Shown here: positions 1-8,930 of the stretch, in pieces
How the letters are laid out: every line of letters begins with the position of its first letter
How positions within the stretch are numbered: position 1 is the stretch's first letter
Assembly: GCA_963705275.1 (NCBI GenBank)
Contig: OY970063.1
Coordinates: 1,026,515 to 1,090,514 of the forward strand
Direction: 5' to 3'
DNA: 64,000 nt
From: an uncultured delta proteobacterium
GTDB taxonomy: Bacteria; Desulfobacterota; Syntrophia; Syntrophales; UBA2185
Notes under the pieces: generated by a model
The model's input: only the letters and a program-made list of their open reading frames with translations
Databases searched by the model: none
What the model was told of the DNA's origin: nothing
Program-made: the position numbers and the translations under genes

Positions 1-7
1 TGCCATA

Positions 8-592
8 ATGGGGATTCTCGTTGTCTGCAAATTCCTCTTCGCCTTTTCCCTTGTTTCCGTATTCCCGATAACCCAGGGCGCCATGTTCCATCCCTCCGCC
101 CGTGTCAGGGTAAGGACAGCCCTGGATCATGTGCCAATGAAGGCGGGCGATCTTCTTGTTGATATCGGGTGCGGGGACGGGAGGGTACTCCGGGAGGCAA
201 AGCGTCGCTATGGCGTCAGGGCGCTGGGGTTTGAGGTAAACCCTATCGCTTATATGCTGGCACGCCTCGGCGCTATAGGAATGGAAGGGATTGAGGTGAG
301 ACTCACCAATTTCTGGAACGTGAATATCGGAGATGCCGATGTGGTCTTCTGTTATCTTTTCCCCGATGTCATGGACAGACTCGCCCGGAAACTTCTGAGA
401 GAACTCCGCCCCGGAACTCTCGTTATTTCCTGCAATTTCCCGCTTCCGGGATGGAGGCACAGAGAACTACTTTATCCTGAATCCTCGCTTCATGCCGATC
501 CCATCTATCTCTATCAGATTCCGGCTGTCAGTATAGGTCCAAATGATAGTTGTATGTGTAATCCCGAGCGACATCGAGTTCGTAATGCTTGA
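8..592 (+). CDS. Class I SAM-dependent methyltransferase with hydrophobic N-terminus (true start may lie upstream of the window)
   Basis: Motif I VDIGCGDGRV, acidic GFEVNP, ADVVFCYLFP and ELRPGTLVISCNF in the translated ORF. Confidence 0.85.
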   Translation: MGILVVCKFLFAFSLVSVFPITQGAMFHPSARVRVRTALDHVPMKAGDLLVDIGCGDGRVLREAKRRYGVRALGFEVNPIAYMLARLGAIGMEGIEVRLTNFWNVNIGDADVVFCYLFPDVMDRLARKLLRELRPGTLVISCNFPLPGWRHRELLYPESSLHADPIYLYQIPAVSIGPNDSCMCNPERHRVRNA

Positions 593-875
593 TGTTGTAA
601 AACAGCGCGAATTCGTAATTGTTAATGGCATAGTAGGATCTGCTCAAACCCAGGCAAGCCTCCGCGAAAAAAGGATCGGCTGCAATCGCTTTTCTAAATT
701 GGCTAATCGCGTCTCTATGCATGCCCTGCGAAGCGAGGCTTAGAGCACTCGTGTAATAGGCCATTGCCTCATCGCCGCTCTGAGGATTGACATTGACGTA
801 GTATGATTGCGGCGTAGCACAGCCCATTGCAACAAGCAAAAAAACCAGAAATAAACATGAATGAACTTTTCTCAT
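528..875 (-). CDS. TPR-repeat lipoprotein
   Basis: Start MRKVHS with AAAGGAGA RBS; lipobox-like AMGC; TPR pattern AISQFRKAIAADPFFAEACLGLSRSYY. Overlaps the 3' end of the convergent methyltransferase. Confidence 0.75.
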   Translation of the reverse strand: MRKVHSCLFLVFLLVAMGCATPQSYYVNVNPQSGDEAMAYYTSALSLASQGMHRDAISQFRKAIAADPFFAEACLGLSRSYYAINNYEFALFYNIKHYELDVARDYTYNYHLDLY

Positions 876-996
876 TGCCCATCTCCTTTCATTGCGGTGC
901 TTTATTGACGTATTCAAACTTCGTGTGAAGTTTACACCTATATGTCAAAAAATACTACAAGTATTGCAGGCAAGTATAGGATAAATAGAGTTTTGT

Positions 997-1089
997 GTCA
1001 AAGAAAATGATCCCGCTATTTTCATCGGCGCATCGGGATGGAATTACCGTCACTGAAAGGATATCTCCTATCCTCCGGGCTCAGACTGA
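997..1089 (+). pseudogene. 5' remnant of a DUF72 (YecE-like) gene
   Basis: Frame from 997 reads ...AIFIGASGWNYRH*KDISYPPG, matching the DUF72 N-terminal pattern IGTSGWxYxHWxxxFYP. The Trp codon is TGA (1054-1056) and the frame ends at 1089. Confidence 0.6.
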
Positions 1090-1130
1090 TTCTTGCTCTT
1101 CCATTAAGAGATCCATCGCCTGGCTATCCT

Positions 1131-1886
1131 TCATCTGTCCTCAAAACCATCATCACCTGCATCTATATCTTTCCATTCCCCCGTATCAAAATCCAGGAGT
1201 TCTGCGGGCCGGAATAATCCCTTGTATCGCATAGCGCTGATCTCGTTTATACAATAACCCAGGTAGTAATATTTGAGACCTCTCCCGCTGGCCCACTCAA
1301 TCTCCTTCATGATGGAATAGTTTCCGGGAGAGAAGGAACTGAACCGCGGCTCAAAAGAGAAGTAGATCGTTGAGAGGGATTCTTCCCCCAGATCAAGGAA
1401 TCCATTCCCTGCGAGCCTGCCATCTATGAACAATGCGGAGACGAGGAGCCGCGTCGGCGACACAAAGAACTCACTCAAGTATCCGTCTAAATCACACGGA
1501 GGTCTGCGATAACGAACACGCAGGAACCTGTTGTAAAGCAAAAGGCTTTTTTTGATATACTTGGCTGCAAACTCCGCAGGCTCAAACATCTTGAATTCAG
1601 TCTCTGCGTTTTTTCTGAGAACGCGACGCTGGCTCTTTGAAGGTTCGAACATACCGACAGGCACGCGGATGGGAAGACAGCGCCGGCAATTGCCGCAGCT
1701 GTTGCGGTAGAAATATGACGAGACATGACGCCAGCCCCGCGCAAGAAATTCATCAGTCTGCCGGGGAGAAAGATTCATATTCCACAAAAAGGCCTCTTCC
1801 ACGGGGGCCGTAATTTCCGGGAAATACGTGCACGGCCTGTGAGTTATACTGCTCAGATATCTAAGGAAGTCACGGTTCCTTTTCAT
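1131..1886 (-). CDS. bpt: Bacterial ATE1-like aminoacyl-tRNA-protein transferase (Bpt, Asp/Glu leucyltransferase/arginyltransferase family)
   Basis: PCTYF, GWRH..YFYR..CxxCxxC, FEPSKSQRRVLRKN, SPGNYSIMKEI and YYYLGY..MRYK motifs of the ATE_N/ATE_C domains. Confidence 0.85.
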   Translation of the reverse strand: MKRNRDFLRYLSSITHRPCTYFPEITAPVEEAFLWNMNLSPRQTDEFLARGWRHVSSYFYRNSCGNCRRCLPIRVPVGMFEPSKSQRRVLRKNAETEFKMFEPAEFAAKYIKKSLLLYNRFLRVRYRRPPCDLDGYLSEFFVSPTRLLVSALFIDGRLAGNGFLDLGEESLSTIYFSFEPRFSSFSPGNYSIMKEIEWASGRGLKYYYLGYCINEISAMRYKGLFRPAELLDFDTGEWKDIDAGDDGFEDR

Positions 1887-1959
1887 CGCTCTTGTCGTGC
1901 TCTCTAAATCTTTTATGCGGCTCCCGTTGTGCGCCGCCGTCTTTACATTCCTTGAAAGA

Positions 1960-4935
1960 TTAAACGAGCGGCTCTATTTCGAGCTTCGGCTCCAGTGTCT
2001 CGTTGGCCCTCTCCAGGTTTTCGTATGAAGAATATACGGCAATGACTGCGGTATTCGTCGCCCTTGCGAAATAACGGGACGCGGCTTCCAGCAGCAGTTC
2101 CGGTGTCAAGTCAAGGATGATATGTCTGAATTCCAGGCGGTCTTCATCTGTGAGACCTGTGAAATCACGAATCATTGCGATGTATCCCCGGCTCGAAGGG
2201 TCCATGGGTTTATCGAGAGAACCTATCGTTCCGATAACCGTCTTCTCAAGCTCCTCGCCGGTAATCTTATTCTGTGAGATAAACTCCTCTGCCTTGGAGT
2301 AAATATTCAGGGTGTTGATTATGTTCGGATCCCTGTATGAGAGCAAGGCGAAGATGCCGCTAGTCGGGTCATACTGCGACATGCCTCCATACGCTCCTCC
2401 CTGAACCCTGATATTCTTGTACAGATACCCGCTCGACAATTCCCGGGCCAGAACAAACATGGGGGCGGACAAGGTATCCTTGTATGCAGGCGCCTGAAGA
2501 ACCTTAGCCACATACGATACCTGAGCAGGAATCGCGATGCCAAAATTAACGCTGGAGGAAGAGGGAATGCTGGGATTTCCGACGCCCCCATCGGAGGATA
2601 AACGTCCGACAAGATCGGCTGTACTTTCTCTCAAGAGAGAAAGCCCTTCTGCGTCTGCTGTTAAATTAATGTGGAGCCGGTCCTTTCTGAAAACCATATG
2701 CTGCAGAAAAGTCAGCTTATCCAGAAGCTCCTTTTTTCTTTCGTCAAATTTATCTGCCAGCATATTGACAAACTTAAGCTGGGTTCTACCGTGCCACAAC
2801 TCGTCTCTGTATGCAGCTATAGATAAAGCCCGGCCGGCAGATCTCCGTGCAAAAGCGTGAGCAGAAGGTATGACAGAAGCATGGAGGTCGTTTTTTCTTT
2901 CCGCAATCAAGTCCCGCATCCGGGTTTCATTCGACATATCTCCTTTCAGGATAATATCGGAAATTATGCCGACCGCATCTGCGATATTTCTCTCCAGGGT
3001 TTTGACCCGAAAGATCAGCTTTTGCCAGTTCTTATTACCGTCCACGGTCATGCCTGCGGACAGGTGATAACCGATTCCTCCCGTCTTCAATACAATGCGC
3101 TTTGCCATTTCCTCATAGTTGAGCCCCGCTGCTCCCATATTTGCAAGTAACTTTGCCAGGATGGGGAGATAGGGCTGAAGGTCTTCCGGCACGTCAGACA
3201 CATCAAACGCCAGATCGAGATAGGCAATGCCATTGGCAAAGATGTCATGCATCATGACCGGGACATCTTCAATTGCAGCCTTTGTCGTGGGAATCGTTTC
3301 TATCGAACGCGATATATCGCTGATGCTGAGTCTCGGCAGTCCCGACGCAGCGCCGGGCGCATCCGGCTCCGCCTGGAATTTTTTCAAGGCCCGGGCATCT
3401 GTCCGGATATTCTCCAGATCATCAACGGAAAGTGATGCCTTAAAGAGAGACATCTTCTTTTTGAACGCCTCATCCTGCTCCGCCTGATAGGTCGTGCTGG
3501 GTTCCATAACGGATAGCAGTCGGTGTGGATTGTCAAGAAACCATTTCTGGACGATCTCCTGAAAGAGCTCAGGGTTCGCTTCCCATTTCCTGCGAATATT
3601 TTCGATGGCGTGTGGGAAATTTAGGCCTTCCAGAGGATCACCATCATACAGCCAGGTATGGTAGGCCCTTCCCATGAGTACGATCCCATACGGATACATA
3701 CTGCGGACGATCTCCTTGCCGTTGAATTCCACCTGATGAAGAGTGCCTTCGATGAGCGCCCGGTCAAAGCCGGATTTTGCTATCCCTTTTAGCGTATCGA
3801 TGATCACTGCCTCGATGCGCGCCGTTTTATCAGGATCTGTACCCCGCAACCCTACGACAAATGCTATCTGCTTAAGGTCAGGCTCTATCCCTGTGAGGGG
3901 GGACAGGTCTTCACCGAGCCCGGAATCAATGAGGGCCTTGCGGAGAGGACCGGCAGCGCTTCCAACCAGCATGCCCGATATTATCTGAAGGAGAAGGGCT
4001 GTTTCATATTGGATGTTTTCCGCCATCATCCATGCAATATTCACAGCCGTTTTCCCTTTCGGGTTATCCTCTCTGGCAATCGGATAAGCGCCGTGTATGG
4101 ACGATGGGGTTTGCCATCGTGACTGACTCTTGATAGTTGAGTCTACCTCCACGCGATCGAACCCTGCAAGCATCTCTGCCAGAAATGCCAGGTGGTCTGC
4201 CGTTGGCATGTCGCCATAGAGGAAGAAGCGCGCGTTTGTGGGCGAGTAATAGGCTTGATGAAATGCCTTGAACTGCTCATATGTAAGAAGCGGGATGTCG
4301 TCGGGATTTCCTCCTGAATCGAAGGAATAGGGGGTATCGGGGTAGAGATGCTGCTGGATGGCCTTGTACATCAGGGCCTCCGGAGAGGAATAAGCACCCT
4401 TCATTTCATTGAAGACTATTCCCGAGATGATGAGCTCGCTTGTTGCATCTTCCGGATTGGAGAATTCCAGGTGGTGCCCTTCCTGACAGAACGTCTCCTT
4501 CAATAGGCGTGGTCGCAGCACCAGATCCGTATACACGCGGGCGAGATTGAAGAAATCTCTCCGTACCTGGCTTGCCACAGGATAGATCGTCTTGTCAGGG
4601 TAGGTAAAGGCGTTGATGAAGGTCTGCAGCGTTCCCCTGTGCAACTCGTTGAAGACGTCCCTCAGCGGATATCGCTCCGAACCGGCAAGTACAGAGTGCT
4701 CAAGAATGTGGGGTACGCCCGTAGAATCTTCCGGCGGTGTGCGAAACCCCACGGAATAGAGGTTCTCGCGGTCATCGCAGTGGAGGTGGAGGACCTTCGC
4801 ACCTGTTCTTGCGTGCTCCATTTCATAGGCAGTTATCCGTATTTCTGAAATCGGCTCGACGCGGAGTATACGAAATCCGTTAACGAATGCCCCTGCGGCG
4901 AGTGTCGGGAGAGGACATCTATTGGATACTGTCAT
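1960..4935 (-). CDS. M16C presequence-protease (PreP)-like insulinase family metallopeptidase
   Basis: Inverted zincin GVPHILEHSVL, FINAFTYPD, GIVFNEMKG, IRVQGGAYGG, SYRDP; ~990 aa; ATG at 4935 with AGGAG RBS. Confidence 0.92.
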   Translation of the reverse strand: MTVSNRCPLPTLAAGAFVNGFRILRVEPISEIRITAYEMEHARTGAKVLHLHCDDRENLYSVGFRTPPEDSTGVPHILEHSVLAGSERYPLRDVFNELHRGTLQTFINAFTYPDKTIYPVASQVRRDFFNLARVYTDLVLRPRLLKETFCQEGHHLEFSNPEDATSELIISGIVFNEMKGAYSSPEALMYKAIQQHLYPDTPYSFDSGGNPDDIPLLTYEQFKAFHQAYYSPTNARFFLYGDMPTADHLAFLAEMLAGFDRVEVDSTIKSQSRWQTPSSIHGAYPIAREDNPKGKTAVNIAWMMAENIQYETALLLQIISGMLVGSAAGPLRKALIDSGLGEDLSPLTGIEPDLKQIAFVVGLRGTDPDKTARIEAVIIDTLKGIAKSGFDRALIEGTLHQVEFNGKEIVRSMYPYGIVLMGRAYHTWLYDGDPLEGLNFPHAIENIRRKWEANPELFQEIVQKWFLDNPHRLLSVMEPSTTYQAEQDEAFKKKMSLFKASLSVDDLENIRTDARALKKFQAEPDAPGAASGLPRLSISDISRSIETIPTTKAAIEDVPVMMHDIFANGIAYLDLAFDVSDVPEDLQPYLPILAKLLANMGAAGLNYEEMAKRIVLKTGGIGYHLSAGMTVDGNKNWQKLIFRVKTLERNIADAVGIISDIILKGDMSNETRMRDLIAERKNDLHASVIPSAHAFARRSAGRALSIAAYRDELWHGRTQLKFVNMLADKFDERKKELLDKLTFLQHMVFRKDRLHINLTADAEGLSLLRESTADLVGRLSSDGGVGNPSIPSSSSVNFGIAIPAQVSYVAKVLQAPAYKDTLSAPMFVLARELSSGYLYKNIRVQGGAYGGMSQYDPTSGIFALLSYRDPNIINTLNIYSKAEEFISQNKITGEELEKTVIGTIGSLDKPMDPSSRGYIAMIRDFTGLTDEDRLEFRHIILDLTPELLLEAASRYFARATNTAVIAVYSSYENLERANETLEPKLEIEPLV

Positions 4936-5043
4936 CTCGTCGCTCCTATACACTTGTCAGTTCTTCTGCGGGTAGTACTCAACAGATATAAATTGACCAT
5001 GTGATTATTCCCCTATGATTGTTTATTGTAGCGATCCGGGCGC

Positions 5044-5187
5044 GGTCTGCTTCAACCATCTCTTTCTTGAGGGCAAATCACCCGGAAAAAGACGGACCCG
5101 ATGAATTAAATATACCAAAGTCACTGTGGGCAATGAAAGACAATTTTTGTGGAATCGCGAGACATGTGGCGGGAGGAAGTAAATGCT
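5044..5187. repeat. Diverged direct repeat, copy 1 (~144 bp)
   Basis: Aligns with 5963-6106; identical 40-bp core ATATACCAAAGTCACTGTGGGCAATGAAAGACAATTTTTG (5110-5149). Confidence 0.9.
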
Positions 5188-5229
5188 CCTGATCCGGTAG
5201 GCGACATCCGAGCATTCATAGATTCAAAT

Positions 5230-5544
5230 TCATGCTGCACGCAGGGGCTTGATTCTTTTAATGTCTCGCTGGTAACTTTTCTGCGCTTGCCATAGGTCAT
5301 AGGCCCGTTGGGCGTTAAGCCAGAATTCCGGGGTGTTGCCAAACAGACGAGACAGCCTTAGAGCCATTGCCGGGCTCATCGCCCGACGCTCTCGTAAAAT
5401 CTCATTAACAGTCTGGCGAGACACGCCAAGCGCTTCAGCTAAAGCAGCCGTAGTCAGCCCGTAATCGGGCATGAAGTCCTCCCGGAGTATTTCTCCCGGA
5501 TGGGTGGGCGGTATCTCGCGTACTCCCTTATTTTCGATACTCAT
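5230..5544 (-). CDS. higA: HigA family antitoxin (Xre HTH)
   Basis: PPTHPGEILREDFM, LAEALGVSRQTVNEI, AMALRLSRLFGNTPEFWLNAQ. Confidence 0.92.
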   Translation of the reverse strand: MSIENKGVREIPPTHPGEILREDFMPDYGLTTAALAEALGVSRQTVNEILRERRAMSPAMALRLSRLFGNTPEFWLNAQRAYDLWQAQKSYQRDIKRIKPLRAA

Positions 5545-5554
5545 AAAGTTCTCC

Positions 5555-5836
5555 TTAATGGTAATCAGTAATTTCAACATCATACGCATCGCCATCTTGA
5601 AAGCGGAAACATATTCGCCACTGATCGTTGATGGAAATTGCGTAAAGCCCTTCTCGATCTCCTTTCAAGGCATGAAGGCGATTACTCGGGGGTACCTTCA
5701 AGTCATCCAAGCATGTGGCAAGATCAATGAATTCCAGACGGCGAACGGCTCTTCTTAGCAGATCAGGTTGAATCCTTCTTGACTTGCCTGTGATGAAGAG
5801 TTCCCTTGTATGTTTGTCGGCAAACGATTTAATCAC
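5555..5836 (-). CDS. higB: HigB family (RelE/ParE-like) toxin
   Basis: GTG start MIKSFADK; DLKVPPSNRLHALKGDREG, SINDQWRICFRF, VEITDYH; toxin-first gene order. Confidence 0.92.
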   Translation of the reverse strand: MIKSFADKHTRELFITGKSRRIQPDLLRRAVRRLEFIDLATCLDDLKVPPSNRLHALKGDREGLYAISINDQWRICFRFQDGDAYDVEITDYH

Positions 5837-5842
5837 GATGAT

Positions 5843-5871
5843 ACTATAACTTGTCACGTGACGCTTGTCAA
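5843..5871 (-). promoter_or_regulatory. Sigma70 promoter of higBA with palindromic operator
   Basis: Minus strand TTGACA-N17-TATAGT, 6 nt before the GTG (probably leaderless). The spacer contains the perfect palindrome GTCACGTGAC (5853-5862). Confidence 0.75.
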
Positions 5872-5962
5872 GGGTTTTGTTCTCCATAAACAAATATAAG
5901 AGGCCGATATGCATAATTGCTAATGGGATTAATTCATTGAATACGGGATGAAATGCGGATTT

Positions 5963-6106
5963 GGTCTGCTTCAACCATCTTTTTTCGTAAGAACAAATCG
6001 CCTGGAAAAAAATGGCTCAGATAAATTAGATATACCAAAGTCACTGTGGGCAATGAAAGACAATTTTTGCGCAGACGCGAGACATGGGTGGGATGAAGGA
6101 AATGCT
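5963..6106. repeat. Diverged direct repeat, copy 2 (~144 bp)
   Basis: Aligns with 5044-5187; identical 40-bp core at 6030-6069. Confidence 0.9.
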
Positions 6107-6349
6107 GCTTGTCCGGGACTAACAAAGGTTCATCCGGTTCTTGCGTACTTCCTGTATTATTGCTTTTCTAATTGAAATCATCCATGCAACATTTCAATCT
6201 GATAGTAATCAAGAAAGTAACCACATTCACTATTTATATATTGAAACATGAAGAACTGTGACTTAAAATGCACGTATAAGCTGACGGCGGATTAAAGCAT
6301 TTGAAATATATTTAAATTTACTACACCCCGAGTTATGGAAGGAGGCATT

Positions 6350-6612
6350 ATGAAAGGAAAGCATGAGCACAAGCATTTACATGGACACCCGCACACCCAT
6401 GACCACGAGCATGACCACGCCCATGGTGATACGAAGCACAGCCACGATCATAAGCATAAACGCACGCCCACGAACATTTGCATGAGCATAAACATATGGG
6501 GGACACTCATGTGCATGACCATGAACATAAGGGAGATCATGGTACCCATGAGCACGATCATCCGATCCATGATGCAGAATTCCACGAGCATACCAATGCC
6601 AAGAAGAAATGA
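6350..6612 (+). CDS. Histidine-rich (HxH repeat) putative nickel-binding protein, split by a 1-nt deletion near 6458-6462
   Basis: AGGAGG RBS; MKGKHEHKHLHGHPHTHDHEHDHAH...HKHK continues in the shifted frame as HAHEHLHEHKHMGDTHVHDHEH...HEHTNAKKK*. Repaired length 87 aa with 32 His. Confidence 0.8.
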
Positions 6613-6688
6613 GGAGGCTGGCGGCTAAAATAACATTTTGCCATGTAACAGTAATCATACATATTCTGCTTGACAGGTATGTGTAATT

Positions 6689-6715
6689 GTGTTACGAATT
6701 TTACATTAATAATAC
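6689..6715. promoter_or_regulatory. Putative NikR operator upstream of nikR
   Basis: GTGTTA-N15-TAATAC inverted repeat just downstream of TTGACA (6670-6675), resembling the deltaproteobacterial NikR box GTGTTA-N15-TAACAC as I recall it. Confidence 0.7.
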
Positions 6716-6726
6716 CGAGGTAAAGC

Positions 6727-7140
6727 ATGTCTGGCGTAGTCCGATTTGGGATTTCATTAGAAAATGAATTGCTTGATAATTTTGATAACCTGATCAAGCG
6801 GCGTAAATATTCAAACCGGTCGGAAGCGATTCGTGATTTAATCCGTCAGGAATTGTTAAAGAAGGATTTGGAAGAAGACCGGGAAGTTGCCGGCGCAATC
6901 ACTTTCATCTATGACCATCATCAGCGCGACCTTTTGAATAAAATTATTGACGTCCAGCATGACTATCAGGACATCATCCAGTCCTCACAACACATCCATC
7001 TGGATCATCATAATTGCCTGGAGATCGTGGCGGTAAAAGGTAATTCCAAGAAGGTCAGCAAACTTTCGGACACCTTAAAGGCTCTTAAGGGAGTCAAGCA
7101 CGGCTCATTAAGCATGTCCGGTACCGGTAAAATCAAATAA
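6727..7140 (+). CDS. nikR: Nickel-responsive transcriptional regulator NikR
   Basis: RHH N-terminus RFGISL...YSNRSEAIRDLIR; YDHH and HIHLDHHNCLE Ni-binding motif. Confidence 0.96.
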   Translation: MSGVVRFGISLENELLDNFDNLIKRRKYSNRSEAIRDLIRQELLKKDLEEDREVAGAITFIYDHHQRDLLNKIIDVQHDYQDIIQSSQHIHLDHHNCLEIVAVKGNSKKVSKLSDTLKALKGVKHGSLSMSGTGKIK

Positions 7141-7169
7141 AGAAATAAGTATTATTTTTTTGTCATTAG

Positions 7170-7196
7170 GTAGCACGATTATTAATATAGTAACAC
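7170..7196. promoter_or_regulatory. Second putative NikR operator downstream of nikR
   Basis: GTAGCA-N15-TAACAC, same spacing as the upstream box, with an AT-rich spacer. Confidence 0.6.
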
Positions 7197-7912
7197 AAAT
7201 GATGGTAAAAATATTACCAGCGAAACAGCAGTAAGGCGGAATCAGTATGAATGAGCAGCGTATAGGGACTCGGCGCTGATTATTACACCATAGATGACTT
7301 AAAGGCTGACTATCTTACGGGAATCGTTCAAACCAAGAAAGCGGAACTATTTTGAGCTACGATCAGTCCCTTCTGCAAAACTTTCAATCTATATCAAAAA
7401 CTCTCAATATGTGTATTTTGGAAAGGCTGGTTCGGATAATCAGAGGAAAATATGTCATAAAAACTTCACGCAAATCTCTCGTCGTGATGAAGGCTTGTTT
7501 CCTCATAATTTTTTACCTATTTATCTTTCCGGTACTGCCTTACAGGCTCTTAATCTGTCAGATCGGGACGATCGGTTTGCGGTAAAGCGGGTATTGTGAG
7601 CATTATATTGTGGTAGCGGGATTGCAGAAATCCTCCTTCATATCAACTCCGGCTTAGGCAACATAATCTTTACACATCCAATCCCACCTCAGTCGGATTT
7701 TCAATCCGAAAAATTTTCTTGATACTCTTCTTTGACTGTAAAATGAACTGCGATTCTTTTTTTGTAAATATCGTGAATTGATTGAGCAATAAACATTCTC
7801 ACCGTCCGGCATATATTTAAACACTACAAACGGTTATCATCAATTTTTCAAATTTGCACTTTCAAGGACTTGCAGGTGATCGAGAGAGAAGTACGCATGA
7901 ACCGGATGAACC

Positions 7913-7952
7913 AAAAAAATTAAGCCCCTCTATTGGATAGCAGAGGGGCTTT
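7913..7952 (-). terminator. Rho-independent terminator for the minus-strand atpZ-like operon
   Basis: AAGCCCCTCT...AGAGGGGCTT stem followed by a T-tract on the minus strand. Confidence 0.7.
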
Positions 7953-8010
7953 GGCGAGGATCGCAGATCGTGAAAAGATCTTCTATGTTATCCGCGTGCG
8001 GAGGATGATC

Positions 8011-8247
8011 TCAGACATCCTTTCTCTTCAACCAGGCATCCTGATATAACCTGCCGATACACGCAAATATGGCCAGGAAGAACAGCCCGAACATAAAGTT
8101 GGGAGAAGTGCCCAGAAGTTCATCCAGTTTGTGACCCGCATAGAGGAAGAGGAAAGAGGCAATCACAATCACAAACCCCCACGAACTCAGCATGAAAATC
8201 GCTCTGTACATCTTGCGGTCTTGGTTTGTTTTGTGAGTCGCTAACAT
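8011..8247 (-). CDS. AtpZ/AtpI-family small membrane protein
   Basis: Two TM helices flanking GHKLDELLGTSP (GxxLDxxxGT.P motif). Confidence 0.75.
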   Translation of the reverse strand: MLATHKTNQDRKMYRAIFMLSSWGFVIVIASFLFLYAGHKLDELLGTSPNFMFGLFFLAIFACIGRLYQDAWLKRKDV

Positions 8248-8313
8248 CGCCTTATCCTCCTTTCCTCAAGATCTGATAACCATACTGCCCTAAACGCGGG
8301 CTCGTTAATTTCC

Positions 8314-8589
8314 TTAGCTTACAAAGTCTTGATGGCATTGAAAACCGGCGCCGTGAAGAGGGCAATGAGAATTGTGTACATCGTGAAGACGCCCATCAGC
8401 TCGCCCGTATATATCTTCTGATATTTCTGCTTCAGAGAGATGATCGTCATCCCGCCAACAATGAGACATCCAAGCTGAAAATACGGGAATTCGCTCACAC
8501 CGGTAGCTGCATACTCGGCGAAACCAAATGTAGCTGTCATCAGCACCACAAATAACGCCAGGCCTAATGTCTTGAACTGTTTTCTTCAT
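8314..8589 (-). CDS. Hypothetical small membrane protein (probable indels near 8580 and 8322)
   Basis: AGGAGG RBS. Removing one A from the A-run gives MKKQFKTLGLALFVVLMTATFGFAEYAATG...FTAPVFNAIKT with three hydrophobic segments. Confidence 0.6.
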   Translation of the reverse strand: MKKTVQDIRPGVICGADDSYIWFRRVCSYRCERIPVFSAWMSHCWRDDDHLSEAEISEDIYGRADGRLHDVHNSHCPLHGAGFQCHQDFVS

Positions 8590-8634
8590 GATCTGTTTCC
8601 TCCTTTGTTTCTGATTTGTTTTGCCTTATACAAA

Positions 8635-8651
8635 TGAAATATCCGTGCCAA
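8635..8651 (-). promoter_or_regulatory. Possible sigma54 promoter
   Basis: TTGGCACGGATATTTCA: perfect -24 TGGCACG, imperfect -12; about 45 nt upstream of the 8589 start. Confidence 0.5.
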
Positions 8652-8930
8652 CCTTATGAATTTCCGGATAAAAAATTGTAACATATTAATTATACAAGGC
8701 TATTGTCAATGTGGATGAATTTATGGCTGGCCTGCAGAGACTTAAAATAGGAGGATTATTTAAAGAAATATTAAACGACGTTGAATGAATTGTGCAAAGA
8801 GGGGTAAAAAATTCTGAGCACTGTTCTTTGCTTCAAAGAGGATCAGACAAAGACATAAGGCGAATTAAGGAACAGCTTGTGCGGAATATCTAGATCGGAG
8901 AGAAGTATTGCCGGCAGTCTATGTGAGGCA

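Noticed and set aside
1054-1056. In-frame TGA as selenocysteine or Trp recoding
   Set aside because: It falls at a Trp position in a stub that ends 11 codons later; TGA is used as a normal stop throughout the window.
5044-6106. Integron cassette, CRISPR or IS explanation for the repeats
   Set aside because: No attC-like palindrome, no integrase or transposase, only two copies and no spacer array.
7520-7590. c-di-GMP-I (GEMM) riboswitch on the minus strand (GCAAACC...)
   Set aside because: Lacks the GNRA tetraloop and GACGCAAA junction, and there is no downstream gene.
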